A DNA stretch of 53,802 bases from Octopus sinensis (lineage: Eukaryota). Of this stretch, positions 13,210 to 25,940 are shown piece by piece (position 1 is the first letter of the stretch; the number at the start of each line of letters is the position of its first letter). The notes beneath the pieces were generated by a model, which was given only the letters and a program-made list of their open reading frames with translations, did not search any database and had not been told where the DNA came from. Made by a program: the position numbers and the translations under genes. Where the stretch lies: assembly GCF_006345805.1 (NCBI RefSeq), contig NW_021832633.1:1-53802 (forward strand), written 5' to 3'.

Positions 13210-14617
13210 TATATATCTAGATCCATCTATCTATGTAACTATCTCTCTGTTTGTTTATCTATCTGTCTATATGTGTCTCTGTCTCTTTATCTCTCTCTCT
13301 ACATATATGTACATACATACAAACACACACACACCACACACCACACACACATATATATATAGATATATATATATATAATATATATATATATACACACACA
13401 TATATACGTACAAATATATATACATACATATACACACATATATGCATATATATATATATATATACACATATACATGTATATATAAGTATATAAACACACA
13501 TACTCACCACACACATACATACACACGTATATACATACACACATACATAGACAGATACATACATAGACACATTCATACATTCATGCAAACATTCATACAT
13601 ACATACATACATGCATACACACATACATACACGCATACATGCACACATACATACATACACACACACATACACACATACATACATCATGCATACATACTAC
13701 ACACATACATACATACATACATACATACCTACTACATACATACATACATACATACATACCTATCAAACATACATACATACATACATACATACATACATAC
13801 TACATACCTACATACAACATTACATACAAAATATAGATGTTTGCGGTGATTATGTGTCCTCACTTTTTTTATGTTACGAGTCTATCTATCTTTGTAGTTA
13901 ATTTTTGTCCACACACATATTATTATCAACGTTTGCTATTCTGTGGTGGATTTAAAATCTGAAAATTTCATTCCCACGTGAAAATTAATAAATAAGTAAA
14001 TAAATAAATAAACAAATAGATAAATAAATAAATTACAAAGACACAACTGGATGCCATATAACTTCACCGTTTGATCCTAATGTTTGTTGGAAAAACAAAA
14101 TTGCTTCTGAATATCACTCTATAGGAACACACAAACAAACCCCCACCATTACCATTTATATAGATGTGAGTGTGAGTCTGTAGGAATAAATATTATATGT
14201 CTAGTCGCATAATTATATTATATATATATACTATGTTAATAAAATAAACATATGCATCTACATAAACATATACATGTACGTACCTACCTCTACATGTACA
14301 TATTACACGCATATATGTGTACAGGACACCAAAAGACGTCGAACACATAGATAGACGAAACACATAGACAAAACCAACGGAACAGACAAGCAAAAAAGAG
14401 AGAGATACAGCCAATAAGCACAACGAAAAAAACCCTCTTCCTTGCCTAAGATTTCATCTACTAAACGTTCGAAGGATAATATATATATATATATATATAT
14501 ATGCATGTATGTATGTATGTATATATATATATAGAGAGAGAGGGAGAGAGATGCATACTATATATATATATATATATATATACATACATATATATATATT
14601 ATACATACATATAATAT

Positions 14618-14657
<40 letters not shown>

Positions 14658-15330
14658 CACCTACATTCCTATATATCTATATAAATTTTTATATGCATGT
14701 TTGTGTGTGTGTGTGGACACATACATATATACATGCATACATACATATATACGTATGTATATAGACACACACAAACATACATACAAAGAAAGAGAAATAG
14801 AAAAAGGTAGATAGAGAGAGAGGGGGGGAGAGATATATACATACATGCATGCATGCATGCATACATACATACACACTATTTCTTTATTAACATACATACA
14901 CACATACATGCATACATACATATATATATATAATATATATATACATACATAAATGCATACATCCATACATACATGCATACATACATAGATAAATACATAC
15001 ATACATAAATACATACATATATACATGCATGCATACATACATACGTACATACATACATAGATAAATACATACATAAATGCATACATAGATACATGCATGC
15101 ATACATACATACGTACATACATACATAGATAAATACATACATACATACATACATGCATGCATACATACGTACATAGAGGCGTACATACATACATACATAC
15201 ATACATACATACAATACATACATAGATGCATACATACATACATACATGCATGCATGCATACATACAATACATACGTACATACATACAATACATACATACA
15301 TACATACATACATACATACACACACATACA
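13210..15330. repeat. Compound (CATA)n/(TA)n microsatellite blocks (13210-13830, 14470-15330)
   Basis: Read directly. Confidence 0.9.
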
Positions 15331-16269
15331 GTGCAAAATCAAACAAATTATGATTCCAATAATGAATAGATTATCGCTTGGAGCAAATAATTAATGTACA
15401 TTCAAACAGACAATTTATGCTTTGTCTCTTTGTGTATTTAATAATAACACCGACAAGTCATTTTAATTCTATTCGATATTTTTTCTTATTTTTAATCTAT
15501 TTTTTTTTTGTACCACGCATGGCAATTGCGCGCGACTTCCTTTTGGAAAACGTAAAAATCTGTTTAATGTTTCTAACTTTCTTCCGCTGCTCCACCACAG
15601 ATTCTTGCAACAAAACGATGCCTTGAAGAAGATATTAAATACATTTATTCGCTGTCATTTATCTTCAATGTTATTTATTTACTCGACTAAACGGAAGGCT
15701 ATAAGTATGTATTATTTTTTCCTGTGCAGGAGAAGCAAAAATCACAAGACACACACAGTACAGCAAGCATACAGACATGCACATAACAACACACACACAG
15801 ACAGAGGCTAACATAGAAATATTACACACAAGCGTACATTCATACATGCATTCATACAAACAGACACGTGAATTTAAATGTGATATATATTGTTTAAGCA
15901 CGTCTGCTATTCTAATATTAACTTCAATTACACGGGCTTAATTCAATATGAAAAAGTCATAAAGCTGTCGTTAATTCAATTTCATCGTTTTTGTTTATAA
16001 ATTTTAGCCAGCTTAGCCGTTTCTGTACGGCTCTGTAAAAGCATTTCGAGGCAAGACATTAACTAACACACAGACCATGTTATCCTTAAAACGCTGCTAT
16101 ATAGGATTACCGTACAAATGTACCAGCAACGAAATTGCAGAGTCGTTACAGCGTCGTATAAAAAACCCTGCTGTATTTATCCCACTTCTTGCGTTCTATG
16201 TTTAAACCAGCTGAGATCAACTTTGACTTTCATCATTTAGGAGATGAAGTACAAAACTTTCAGGGCTGA

Positions 16270-16503
16270 AGGCGGCGAGCTGGCAGAAACGTTAGCACGT
16301 CGGGCGAAATGCGTAGCTGTATTTCGTCTGCCGCTAGGTGCTGAGTTCAAATTCCGCCGAGATCGACTTTGCCTTTCATCCTTTCGGGGTCGATTAAATA
16401 AGTACCAGTTACGAACTGGAGTCGATATAATTGACTTAATCCGTTTGTCTGTCCATGTTTGTCCTCTCTGTGTTTAGCCCCTTATGAGTAGTAAAGAAAT
16501 AGA
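16270..16503 (+). mobile_element. Family A SINE, full-length monomer
   Basis: Runs from aggcggcgagctggcagaaacgttagcacg to gtaaagaaatagaaa. Confidence 0.9.
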
Positions 16504-16557
16504 AATACAAAAATGGGACTTGTGGAGTGGATTTGTCGAGTTTATTTGTTTCGAGTG

Positions 16558-17101
16558 CAGTAGTTCTCAACCGGAGTCCATATGGTTCTTGGGGGTCCAT
16601 ATAAGATTTTGTTATTAAAATTAATCTGCAATAAACTGATTATTCTTCTACAATACACAAAATATTTTAACAATTTTTATATAATTCCTAATAATATTTA
16701 ATAGTGGAGGCGCAGTGGCCCAGTGGTTAGGGCAGCGGACTCGCGGTCGGAGGATCGCGGTTTCAATTCCCAGACCGAGCATTGTGTGTGTTTATTGAGT
16801 AAAAACATCTAAAGCTCCACGAGGCTCCGGCAGGGGGTGGTGGCGACCCCTGTTGTACTCTTTCGCCCCAACTTTCTCTCACTCTTTCTTCCTGTTTCTT
16901 GGGTAACGCTGCGATGGACTGGCGTCCCTTCCAGCTGAAACAGGGCCCATGAGCCTGGCTAGGCTTGAAAAGGGAAAAAGAAAAGAATGATATTTAATTA
17001 TAAATAATATAATAGGATTTTTTTCTAAACATTGAATGGCTAGGAGAATCCATTCGCGTAAAATAATAATCAAAAGGTTTCATAGGTGAAAAATGGTTGA
17101 G
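16558..17101. mobile_element. hAT-like non-autonomous element (MITE) interrupted by a SINE
   Basis: Left end cagtagttctcaacc (Charlie/hAT-type TIR) and a partial right end ggttgag at ~17095-17101, with an AT-rich interior. Confidence 0.5.
16704..16978 (+). mobile_element. tRNA-derived SINE, family D head, nested in the MITE
   Basis: A-box tggcccagtgg, B-box ggtttcaattcc; atatttaat is duplicated at 16694-16702 and 16990-16998 (likely TSD). Confidence 0.85.
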
Positions 17102-17449
17102 CGTCGGATGAAATGATGACTTGCAGTATTTATTGCGATCTTGCAGTATTTATTCAAATTCCACTGGATACTACTTGGGCGCTAGACTTAATCAATCATT
17201 CGATTTGGTCCTTCGGTGCCCACCTGTGTTAGAGGCCATAAAAGGTTCATGAACACTGTCTTCCCTCTTGGTTAAAATAAAGATAGTTACTCGACTTGCT
17301 AATGATTGCAGCTAAATCTTCCTCAAAATTCACATTAATATATTAAATAAGGTAAGGATGCATTAAATATTATATTCCTACACTTTCGGTAAGGTCACGG
17401 CTGGAACACCTTTGATCATAGCTAAACTCGAACAGGGAAGACCTGGAGC

Positions 17450-18712
17450 TTTACACTACAACTACTGTCCGAATTTAGGGTAAGGGAAAAAGTCATCTCA
17501 TTCTACATTTTATTAAAATTTAATCCGGTCTAAAATTCCCATCATTATCAATGAATTCTTTCCATCTGCTCATCAGTTTTTTAATTTCATTTTTAGAAAA
17601 CTCATTTGGTTTTGATGAAATGAAGGAAGAGAGGTCAGTTTCGACCTTTTGGGGGCTTTTGAGTACTAATCCATTTAAATGATTCTGCAAGCTTTGAAAC
17701 TAATGGTAATCAGAAGGAATGAGGTCATAGGAATAACGCGGGTGAGCGATTTTTTCCCATCCAAATTCTTCGATATTTTCTTATGTAATCTTTGCAATGA
17801 GGGACCTTGCATTACCATGATGAAAGGCCACTCCCTTGCGATTCGCCAAAGCAGGCCTTTTTTTTACTTCAAAGCAGCGTCCAAATGCTCTCATTATTGG
17901 CAACAGGTGTAAGTAGTAACTGTTGCATGAGTTGGTAGCAGCTCAAACTGGACGACTCCAATGCAAATCCACTATACAGAAAGAAGAATCTTTGTTACAT
18001 GGACGTCCTTTTTGGGTTGTGGTTTAGCCTGTTCTCAACAACTAAGTCATTGACTGCACCGCTTAATATTTTCACAAAATATCTGTTTATTGTCGCCAGT
18101 CGAAAAATGGTGAGATACATTCATGAAAGTGAAGAGATGCGCATATTTTCACTCGTGATTTTTGGCTGGCTTCTATCAAGTCATTGGAAACTGATTTTTC
18201 AGTTTGAGCGCTTTTCCAAGTTTGAGCGCTTTTCCAAGCTGTTGAAGATAGCAGTGAACAGTTGAATGGCTTGACTTGAGTTTGCCTGCTAATTCTTCAA
18301 CTGACACAGCATTATTCTTCTCAAGCTCAGATGTCAAATTCAAGCTCATCGTCAACAGGGCGTCCTGTTCGTGGCCTCTCCCTTAGACTGAAATTAACAC
18401 TTTTGAACTTTTCAAATCATCTTCCGCAACGTATTTCGTTCAAGCTCTCTCCTCATAAGCAGAATGCATATTTTAGGTTACTTCTGCTGCATTACTTCCC
18501 TTTTTAAACTCATGAAGCATCTATCTTTGAGGGATTAATATTAGCTATTAGTTCTGTCTGATTATCCCGCAAAACGAAATTATATTAACTTAAAGGATTC
18601 CAAATTCATATGGGTATCAATCAAATACCATTTGATATTTTAGAAGAATGCAGAATCTGATTGAAATTAGATATATGACATTTCGGACATTATTTATGAG
18701 ATGACCTGGTAT
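17450..18712 (-). pseudogene. Decayed near full-length mariner (DD34D-type) transposon
   Basis: Minus strand has HTH region ...RTGRPVDDE...VEELAGKLKSSHSTVH, FHHGNAR and HPRYSYDLIPSDYH (17743-17701, equivalent to HPPYSPDLAPSDYH), and C-terminal RWKEFIDNDG. TIR remnants are tgtccgaa (~17466) and ttcggacattatttatgagatgacctgg-TA (18682-18712). Confidence 0.85.
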
Positions 18713-18713
18713 A

Positions 18714-18831
18714 TACGAGGGGTGTATGAAAAGTCTTGAGCCTAAAAAAAAAACAAAAAAAAAACATGGTACGAGACTTTTGATGAAGGTATAAGACTTC
18801 AAGGCTCAAAACTTTTCATACAGCCCTCATA
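18714..18831. mobile_element. 118-bp mariner-type MITE
   Basis: 30-nt inverted termini including TA (18714-18743 vs 18802-18831) match at 27/30 positions and start TACGAGGG. Confidence 0.75.
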
Positions 18832-18870
18832 TATTCATATATATAATTGAAAAATGTGTATGAAATATAT

Positions 18871-18905
<35 letters not shown>

Positions 18906-18927
18906 CTTATATATATATATTATACAT

Positions 18928-19222
18928 ATAGAATGGTTTGTATACTGTCAATCTACCAAAACGGACAGTAGTGGGTACACCACCGTTGTATAGCCCTAGG
19001 AGGCATCGAACGCCTCCTGACAGCTTCGACACTTTTTTTTCCCTGTGTCCTTATCTACATATACGAAGGGGGGTTTGTCTCCACTTCGTATATGTATATA
19101 AGGACCACAGAAAAAATGTGTCAAAGCTGTCAGGAGGCGTTCGATGCCTCCTAGGGCTATACAACGGTGGTGTACCCCCTACTGTCACGTTCTTGTAGAT
19201 TGACAGTATACAACCATTCTAT
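18928..19222. repeat. 295-bp foldback palindrome (MITE-like)
   Basis: Arms of ~140 bp around a 15-nt loop (19069-19083), including a 54-bp perfectly matched block. Confidence 0.92.
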
Positions 19223-19515
19223 CGCCCCACCACCGTACATGTCTCTACGAGAGATTTAGAAATTCATATTTCTTATATATATTATATATATAGATATATA
19301 TATATATATATATATATAGTTGAAATTTATGGGAAACAAAAAACGTAAACAGTGTGATGAACATCAAGCATCTGTATTAGTTTGACGCTCGGGAAAATAA
19401 AGAAAAGTCTTTTACGTTTCGAGCCTACGTTCTTTAAAAGAAAGGAGTAAGAGAAATATCTATATGTATATATATAAACATACGCACGCACATATATCTG
19501 AATGTGTGCGTGTGT

Positions 19516-19552
<37 letters not shown>

Positions 19553-19760
19553 TTGTGTATACATATATATTAGTATGTAGTCTTACATGGATATCAACAT
19601 TTTTTCATGTATATACATCATAAAGGATAGACATACATACTACACACATACACACACACACACATACATATATATATATACATACACACATATGTGTGTC
19701 TGTGCAGAAAGAGAAGGCAAGCAGACAGACAGATAGATAGACAGACAAACAGTCAGGCAA

Positions 19761-19761
<1 letters not shown>

Positions 19762-19855
<94 letters not shown>
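19762..19855. repeat. (GATA)n microsatellite
   Basis: Read directly. Confidence 0.95.
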
Positions 19856-20490
19856 TTGAAACATCTGAAACATCTAGAAGAAGTATAAAGTGGTAATAGA
19901 AACCATTGTAATATGCGTGGCTTTCATTTTCCAACCCCTTTCGTGGAAGTGTCTTTCGTTTGAAATAATTTCTACAATAACAAAGAAGTTAAAACGCACG
20001 TCATTATCATTTCCACGTGACTGGAAATAGAAAGAAACATCAATCCACAATCTTTTACAAAGTTTAATATTATAGTCTTTACGTTTTCACTTTGAAATTT
20101 AACGTGAATTACTCGAGAAAGTTTTCTATTATTCGTCAAGACAATTGTTTCTTTATTTAACGTAGGCCGGACATTGATATCAGCAGCCATTTTACGCTAT
20201 CGCCCGCCGTAGCATATCGCTTTCTAAACCCAACTACGCGGTACCACTTCTTTACTTCAACATCTGTCAAATTAGTTTTAATGTCTTCGTTCACTCTATC
20301 AAGATTTATATCAGAAGCAACAGTACCACCACAACCACCACCACTGCCACCGCCGCCGCTTTCGCTGCTGCACTCCACCACCACCACACCACATCTATTA
20401 TATAAAATCCATTCTGTGTGTGTGTGTGTGTCTTCTAAGATCTCGGGCATCCTCCATCCGATTGCACTCAAATTTGATATGTAGATACAT

Positions 20491-20720
20491 ATTTCTTTGC
20501 TACCCACGATGGGCTAAACATAGAGTAGACAAACAACGACAGACAAAAGGATTAAGTCCATTACATCGACCCCAGTGGGTAACTGGCACTTAATTTATCG
20601 ACTCCGAAAGGATGAAAGGAAAGTCGACCTCGGCGGAATTTGAACTCAGAGCGTAACGGCAGATGAAATACGGCTACGCATTTCGCCCGGCGTGCTAACG
20701 TTTCCGCCAGCTCGCCATCT
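20491..20720 (-). mobile_element. Family A SINE monomer
   Basis: Reverse complement of the head (gctaacgtttccgccagctcgcc) and of the body. Confidence 0.88.
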
Positions 20721-21179
20721 TGATATGTAGGTACCGACGGTATCAAGGCATGTATAAGTCTTGATAAAATTACAAAAATCGATTCCAGGTGAGAATGCGA
20801 TCGATAAAGCCATGGGAACGTGTATTTGTACGTGCAAGTACATCAGCTGTTGCGATCGATACTACGCGTACGTGAGAAAAATGCATGTGCAGTTTGTGCA
20901 AAAAAAGCCGGCTGGCTTGAAATAATGCCACAAAATGCAGTATATTTAAGAGACCAAAAAAGTAAGATGCCAAAGAGTTATTTTCTTCAAATTTGGCATG
21001 AAGGAAGGAAGGAGTTTTTTTTTTTTGCCTTAATTTTGTTTAACAAAAATTTTATTGAAATAAAGGCATGCATAATTATTTTTTAATGAAAATAAAACAC
21101 TGGCTGCTTTTTATTCAGCAGATATGATTCAGCACCGTCCATTAAACGGGGGTGGGTGGGGGGTGCTCGTATATATACG

Positions 21180-21400
21180 TTTTCATTTATTTTCTGATTG
21201 TTTTACTTGTCCCAGTCATTTGAGCACCGCCTTATGGAATTTTAGTCGAAGAACTCGACCCTAGGACTTATTCTTTGTAAGCCTAGTATTTATTCTATCG
21301 GTCTCTTTTGTCGCACTGCTAAGTTACGGGGACATAAACATACCAGCACCAGTTATCAAGCGATGGCGTGGTGGTGGTGGTGGGGGGACAAACACAGACA
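21180..21400 (-). mobile_element. Family B SINE, 3' half
   Basis: gacttattctttgtaagcctagtatttattctatcggtctcttttg...ctaagttacggggac. Confidence 0.75.
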
Positions 21401-21454
21401 TACACATATAATACATACATACATACATATATACATGCATACATACATATACAC

Positions 21455-21489
<35 letters not shown>

Positions 21490-21500
21490 TATTATATATA

Positions 21501-22178
21501 TAAATCGTGGTTTTGGCCGTGTTGGCTGCTATTTCTAGCATGTAAAACTTACCTGTTAAAGGGTAGTTTTCTTTTGTGTTTAAATGTACACTATTTTAAA
21601 ATATGAATACGTTGTCTTTTGACTATTTATACATGCTAGGTGATATTTATAACGAATATTCGCTACCCTATGTATGTATCTTATGAATATGTTCTTAGCA
21701 TTCTCGAAGATTCAGCTCGGCATTGTATTCATTGCTCACATGAAAATGCGCCTGCGCGTGGAATTTTGAAAAATTATAACATATAATGACGGGACACGTG
21801 TTATCTTGTCTCTGAATTATAAGTTAGTTATTGAGCCCGGTTTCTGACAAGAATTCGCCTGGCGGATAATATTGTTTTGCTAAATTACCTATTGAAGGAT
21901 GGCAAATAATCTTATTTGCAAAAAAAGAAATTCGAAACCATGTGTAACAGCTAATAAAAATAACAAGGTAAAAGTTTTTATTTTTCATTTACTACGAAAA
22001 TTGCCATTAAATCGTGGTTTTGGCCGTGTTGGCTGCTACTTCTAGCATGTAAAAAAATAACTGCTAAAGGGTAGTTTTCTTTTATGTTTAAATGTACAAC
22101 TATTTTATAATATGAATATGTTGTCTATTGACTATTTATACATGCTAGGCCACTGGTGGTGATATTTATAACGAATAT
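21501..22178 (+). repeat. Pair of ~160-170 bp direct repeats (21501-21659, 22008-22178), each containing a 10-bp inverted repeat
   Basis: Both start taaatcgtggttttggccgtgttggctgcta. Each has CTAGCATGTA...TACATGCTAG (21535-21639; 22042-22148). Confidence 0.85.
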
Positions 22179-22574
22179 ATATATATATATATATATATAC
22201 GACGAGTTTCTTTGAGTTTCTGTCTACCAAATCTTCTTGTTTGCACCTTAGCATTTCGGCAAGAAGGTCGATAGAATAAGTATGGGTTTTTAGAATTAAG
22301 TAATGGGGGCAGTGCATTTAAGAATGTATAATTAAAACGTGTAAGCGGAAAGAAAATTTGAAGTCGAGAAAGAATTAAAAGACAGGTTCAGATGAATGAA
22401 TTACCTCTGTCACATATGCTCAATTCTCCTGCTACTATCTCTTTAAGTACACATACATACACACACACAAACACTTACGCACACACACACACACACACAC
22501 ATATACAGGTACATATATATAAGCATATATACAAATACATACTTACATACACATACACACATGCATAAATACAT

Positions 22575-22615
22575 ATATATAGATAGATAATAGATGGATA
22601 GATAGATAGATAGAT

Positions 22616-22675
<60 letters not shown>

Positions 22676-22676
22676 C
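22575..22676. repeat. (GATA)n microsatellite
   Basis: Read directly. Confidence 0.95.
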
Positions 22677-22812
22677 ATAAAATTCGAATTCTGAAATTAC
22701 ATACCAGGCCCTAACTACATAGTCAAGTAGATATAAAGTTTTGGGGCATTCATTCACAGAACTTTTTTTTTCATTTTTAAAGCACTGACGAAATAAGATA
22801 ATCTTTTCTACT

Positions 22813-23328
22813 CTTGGCACAAGGCCAGAAATTTTGGGCGAGGGGCAGTCGATTAGATCAACCCCAGTACGCCACTGGTACTTAATTTATCGACCCCGAA
22901 AGAGGGAAAAGCAAAGTTGATCACGGCGGAATTTGAACTCAGAACGTAAAGACAGACGAAATACCTATTTCTTTACTACCCACATGGACAAACAAGGACA
23001 GAGAGAGGACAAACAAGGACAGACAAACATATTAAGTCGATTATAACGGCAGACGAAATACGGCTACGTATTTCGCCCGGTGTGCTAACATTTCTTATTT
23101 CTTTACTGCCCACAAGGGGCTACACACACGGCAGACAAACAAGGACAGAAAAATTGATTAAGTCGATTATATCGACACCAGTACGTAGCTGGTACTTATT
23201 TAATCGACCCCGAAAGAATGAAAGGCAAAGTTGACCTCGGCGGAATTTGAACTCAGAGCGTAAAGACAGACGAAATACCGCTAAACATTTCGCCCTGTGT
23301 GCTAACGTTTCTGCCAGCTCGCCGCCTT
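22813..23328 (-). mobile_element. Family A SINE multimer
   Basis: Head at 23328 followed by repeated bodies joined at gacgaaatac(c)tatttcttt junctions. Confidence 0.8.
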
Positions 23329-23727
23329 CGAAATAGGATTATGTGAAACGATTGCAATTGAGATGCAAGACAAGTTGACTGTGTTGGTGATGGTACTTTC
23401 TTACTCAATGACACTAATGATGAAGAAACAAAGAACAATAACCAATAAGCAATTCAGAAAGTAAAAGAAAAATCAAATATTACACTGTCGGATTCAGTAC
23501 ATTAGAAAGGCTGATAAAATGTCTGATCTTGTTTATGAGAGAAAAGAAAAAAAATCAACATAGACTGTCTCTTTGTTGCATTTTCTAATCAATGCATTGT
23601 ATTAATTTCATGATGTTAGATTTACAGACATGGCAATATCGAACGTGTATTTATTATGTCGTGGTATAAATATTCAAGACTTCGTTAATTATGCGTGAAT
23701 GAGGTTGAAGATGGTGACAATGAAATT

Positions 23728-24141
23728 CTCTTTTACTCTTTTACTCTTTTACTTGTTTCAGTCATTTGACTGCGGCCATGTTGGAGCACCGCCTTTAGTC
23801 GAGCAAATCGACTCCAGGCCTTATTCTTTGTAAGCCTAGTACTTATTCTATCGGTTTTTTGCCGAACCGCTAAGTTACTGGGACGTAAATCGGTTGTCAA
23901 GTGATGTTGGGGAGACAGACACAGACACACAAACATACACACACACACACGTACACATATACAAATATACATACATACGACGGGCTTCTTTCAGTTTCCG
24001 TCTACCAAATCCACTCACAACGCTTTGGTCGTTCCGAGGCTGTAGTAGAAGATACTTGCCCAAGGTGCCCCGCTATGGGACTGAACCCGGAACCATGTGG
24101 TTTGTAATGAAGCTACTTACCACACAGTCACTCCTACGCCT
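23728..24141 (-). mobile_element. Family B SINE, full length
   Basis: Head ...cacacagtcactcctacgcct, CORE-like cttgcccaaggtgcc, (ttttactc)n tail. Confidence 0.9.
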
Positions 24142-24296
24142 ATGGTGAAAGTTATTTGTTGACATCGATAGTGAAGATGATTATAACAATAGTTGTTATT
24201 AGGAGATAGCTAATGATGAAAGTTTTATCTGGAGGAAGGCGACATTGACCACAACGATGACATCGAAAGACAATGATGACGACGACGACGACGACC

Positions 24297-24347
<51 letters not shown>

Positions 24348-24428
24348 TTGGTGGTGATGGTGGTGATGGTGGTCCTGGTGCTGATGGTGTTAACGGAGTA
24401 TTTATAGTTGTAGTGATGTGGTAAGTGA

Positions 24429-24748
24429 AGGCGCATGGCTCAGTGGTTAGAGCGTCGAGCTTACGATCGTGAGGTTGTGAGTTCGAATCCCGGACCGAGC
24501 TGCGTGTTGTGTTCTTGAGCAAGACACTTTATTTCACGTTGCTCCAGTTCACTCAGCTGTAGAAATGAGTTGAGACATTACTGGTGCCAAGCTGTATCGG
24601 CCTTTGCCTTTCCCTTGGATAACACTGGTGGCGTGGAGAGGAGAGGCCGGTATGCATGGTCTTCCATAAACAACTTTGCCCGGTCTTGTCCCTGGGAGGG
24701 TAATTTTCTAGGTTCAATCCCATGGTCAGTCATGACCGAAGGAGATCT
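24429..24748 (+). mobile_element. tRNA-derived SINE, family C
   Basis: A-box tggctcagtgg, B-box gagttcgaatcc, CORE-like gtgttcttgagcaagacacttt. Confidence 0.88.
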
Positions 24749-25215
24749 CAGCAGATGTGGTAAGTGATGATGATAATGTTTGTTGCCGTGACAACGATAA
24801 CAGGACTATCAGGCTGATAATAGTTATAACAATAAGAACAAGACTATTAAGCTGATTATACTGATGGAGCTGGTGATAATGTTTGTTACCATGGTAACAA
24901 TGACAAGAGATCTATCAAGCTGATAGTAATGACTATTTTGCATCTTAGTTATGATCATGAGGTTAAGAGTGATGTCTTTGGCTGAAATGATGGCGAAGGT
25001 TTTTGTAGCTGTCGTGTTAATAACATTAGTATATGCTTGAATTGTTGCCGGAACTCCCTTATCACGTGATTCTATTCAACCGGAAATCATCAGTGGTTTC
25101 TACATTAGAGGATGATACTCCAGAATTATCAAAAGTACAAAAGTGGGTAAATGAATATACATAAAATCTTATCAAACTTCACTAACACCAACTAATATTA
25201 CCAGAAACATTGCAA

Positions 25216-25940
25216 GGCAGTGAGCTGCCAGAATCGTTAGCACAGCGGGAAAAATGCTTAGCGGTATTTCGTCTGTCTTTACGTTCTGAGTTCAAATTCC
25301 GCCGAGGTCAACTTTGCCTTTCATCCTTTTGGGGTCGATTAAATAAGTACCAGTTATGCACTGGAGTCGATATAATCGACTTAATCCGTTTGTCTGTCCT
25401 TGTTTGTCCTCTCTGTGTTTAGCCCCTTGTGGTATTTCGTCTGCCGTTACGTTGTGAGTTCAAATTCCGCCGAGGTCGACTTTGCTTTTCATTCTTTCGG
25501 GTTCGATTAAATAAGTACCAGTTACTCACTGGGGTCGATATAATCGACTTAATCCGTTTGTCTGTCCTTGTTTGTCCGCTCTGTGTTTAGCCCCTTGTGG
25601 GTAGTAAAGAAATAGGTATTTCGTCTGTCTTTATGTTCTGAGTTCAAATTCCGCCGAGGTCGACTTTGCCTTTCATCCTTTCGGGGTCGATTAAATAAGT
25701 ACCAGTTACGCACTGGGGTCGATATAATCGACTTAATCCGTTTGTCTGTCCTTGTTTGTCCTCTCTGTGTTTAACCCCTTGTGGGTAGTAAAGAAATAGG
25801 TATTTCGTCTGTCTTTATGTTCTGAGTTCAAATTCCGCCGAGGTCGACTTTGCCTTTCATTCTTTCGGGTTCGATTAAATAAGTACCAGTTACGCACTGG
25901 GGTCGATATAATCGACTTAATCCGTTTGTCTGTCCTTATT
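25216..25940 (+). mobile_element. Family A SINE tetramer (one tRNA head plus four tandem bodies)
   Basis: Bodies restart at ggtatttcgtctg at 25263, 25431, 25615 and 25799 (periods 168, 184, 184). Confidence 0.92.

Noticed and set aside
16704-16775. tRNA genes at SINE heads (also 24429, 44447, 49945)
   Set aside because: A and B boxes are present, but no clean cloverleaf or acceptor stem was seen, and each continues into a SINE body.
21501-22178. Direct repeats as LTRs of a retrotransposon
   Set aside because: There are no TG...CA termini, PBS, PPT or coding interior.
25216-25940. Regular ~184-bp periodicity as a CRISPR array
   Set aside because: Whole units are near-identical SINE bodies, with no unique spacers and no cas genes, in a eukaryotic context.
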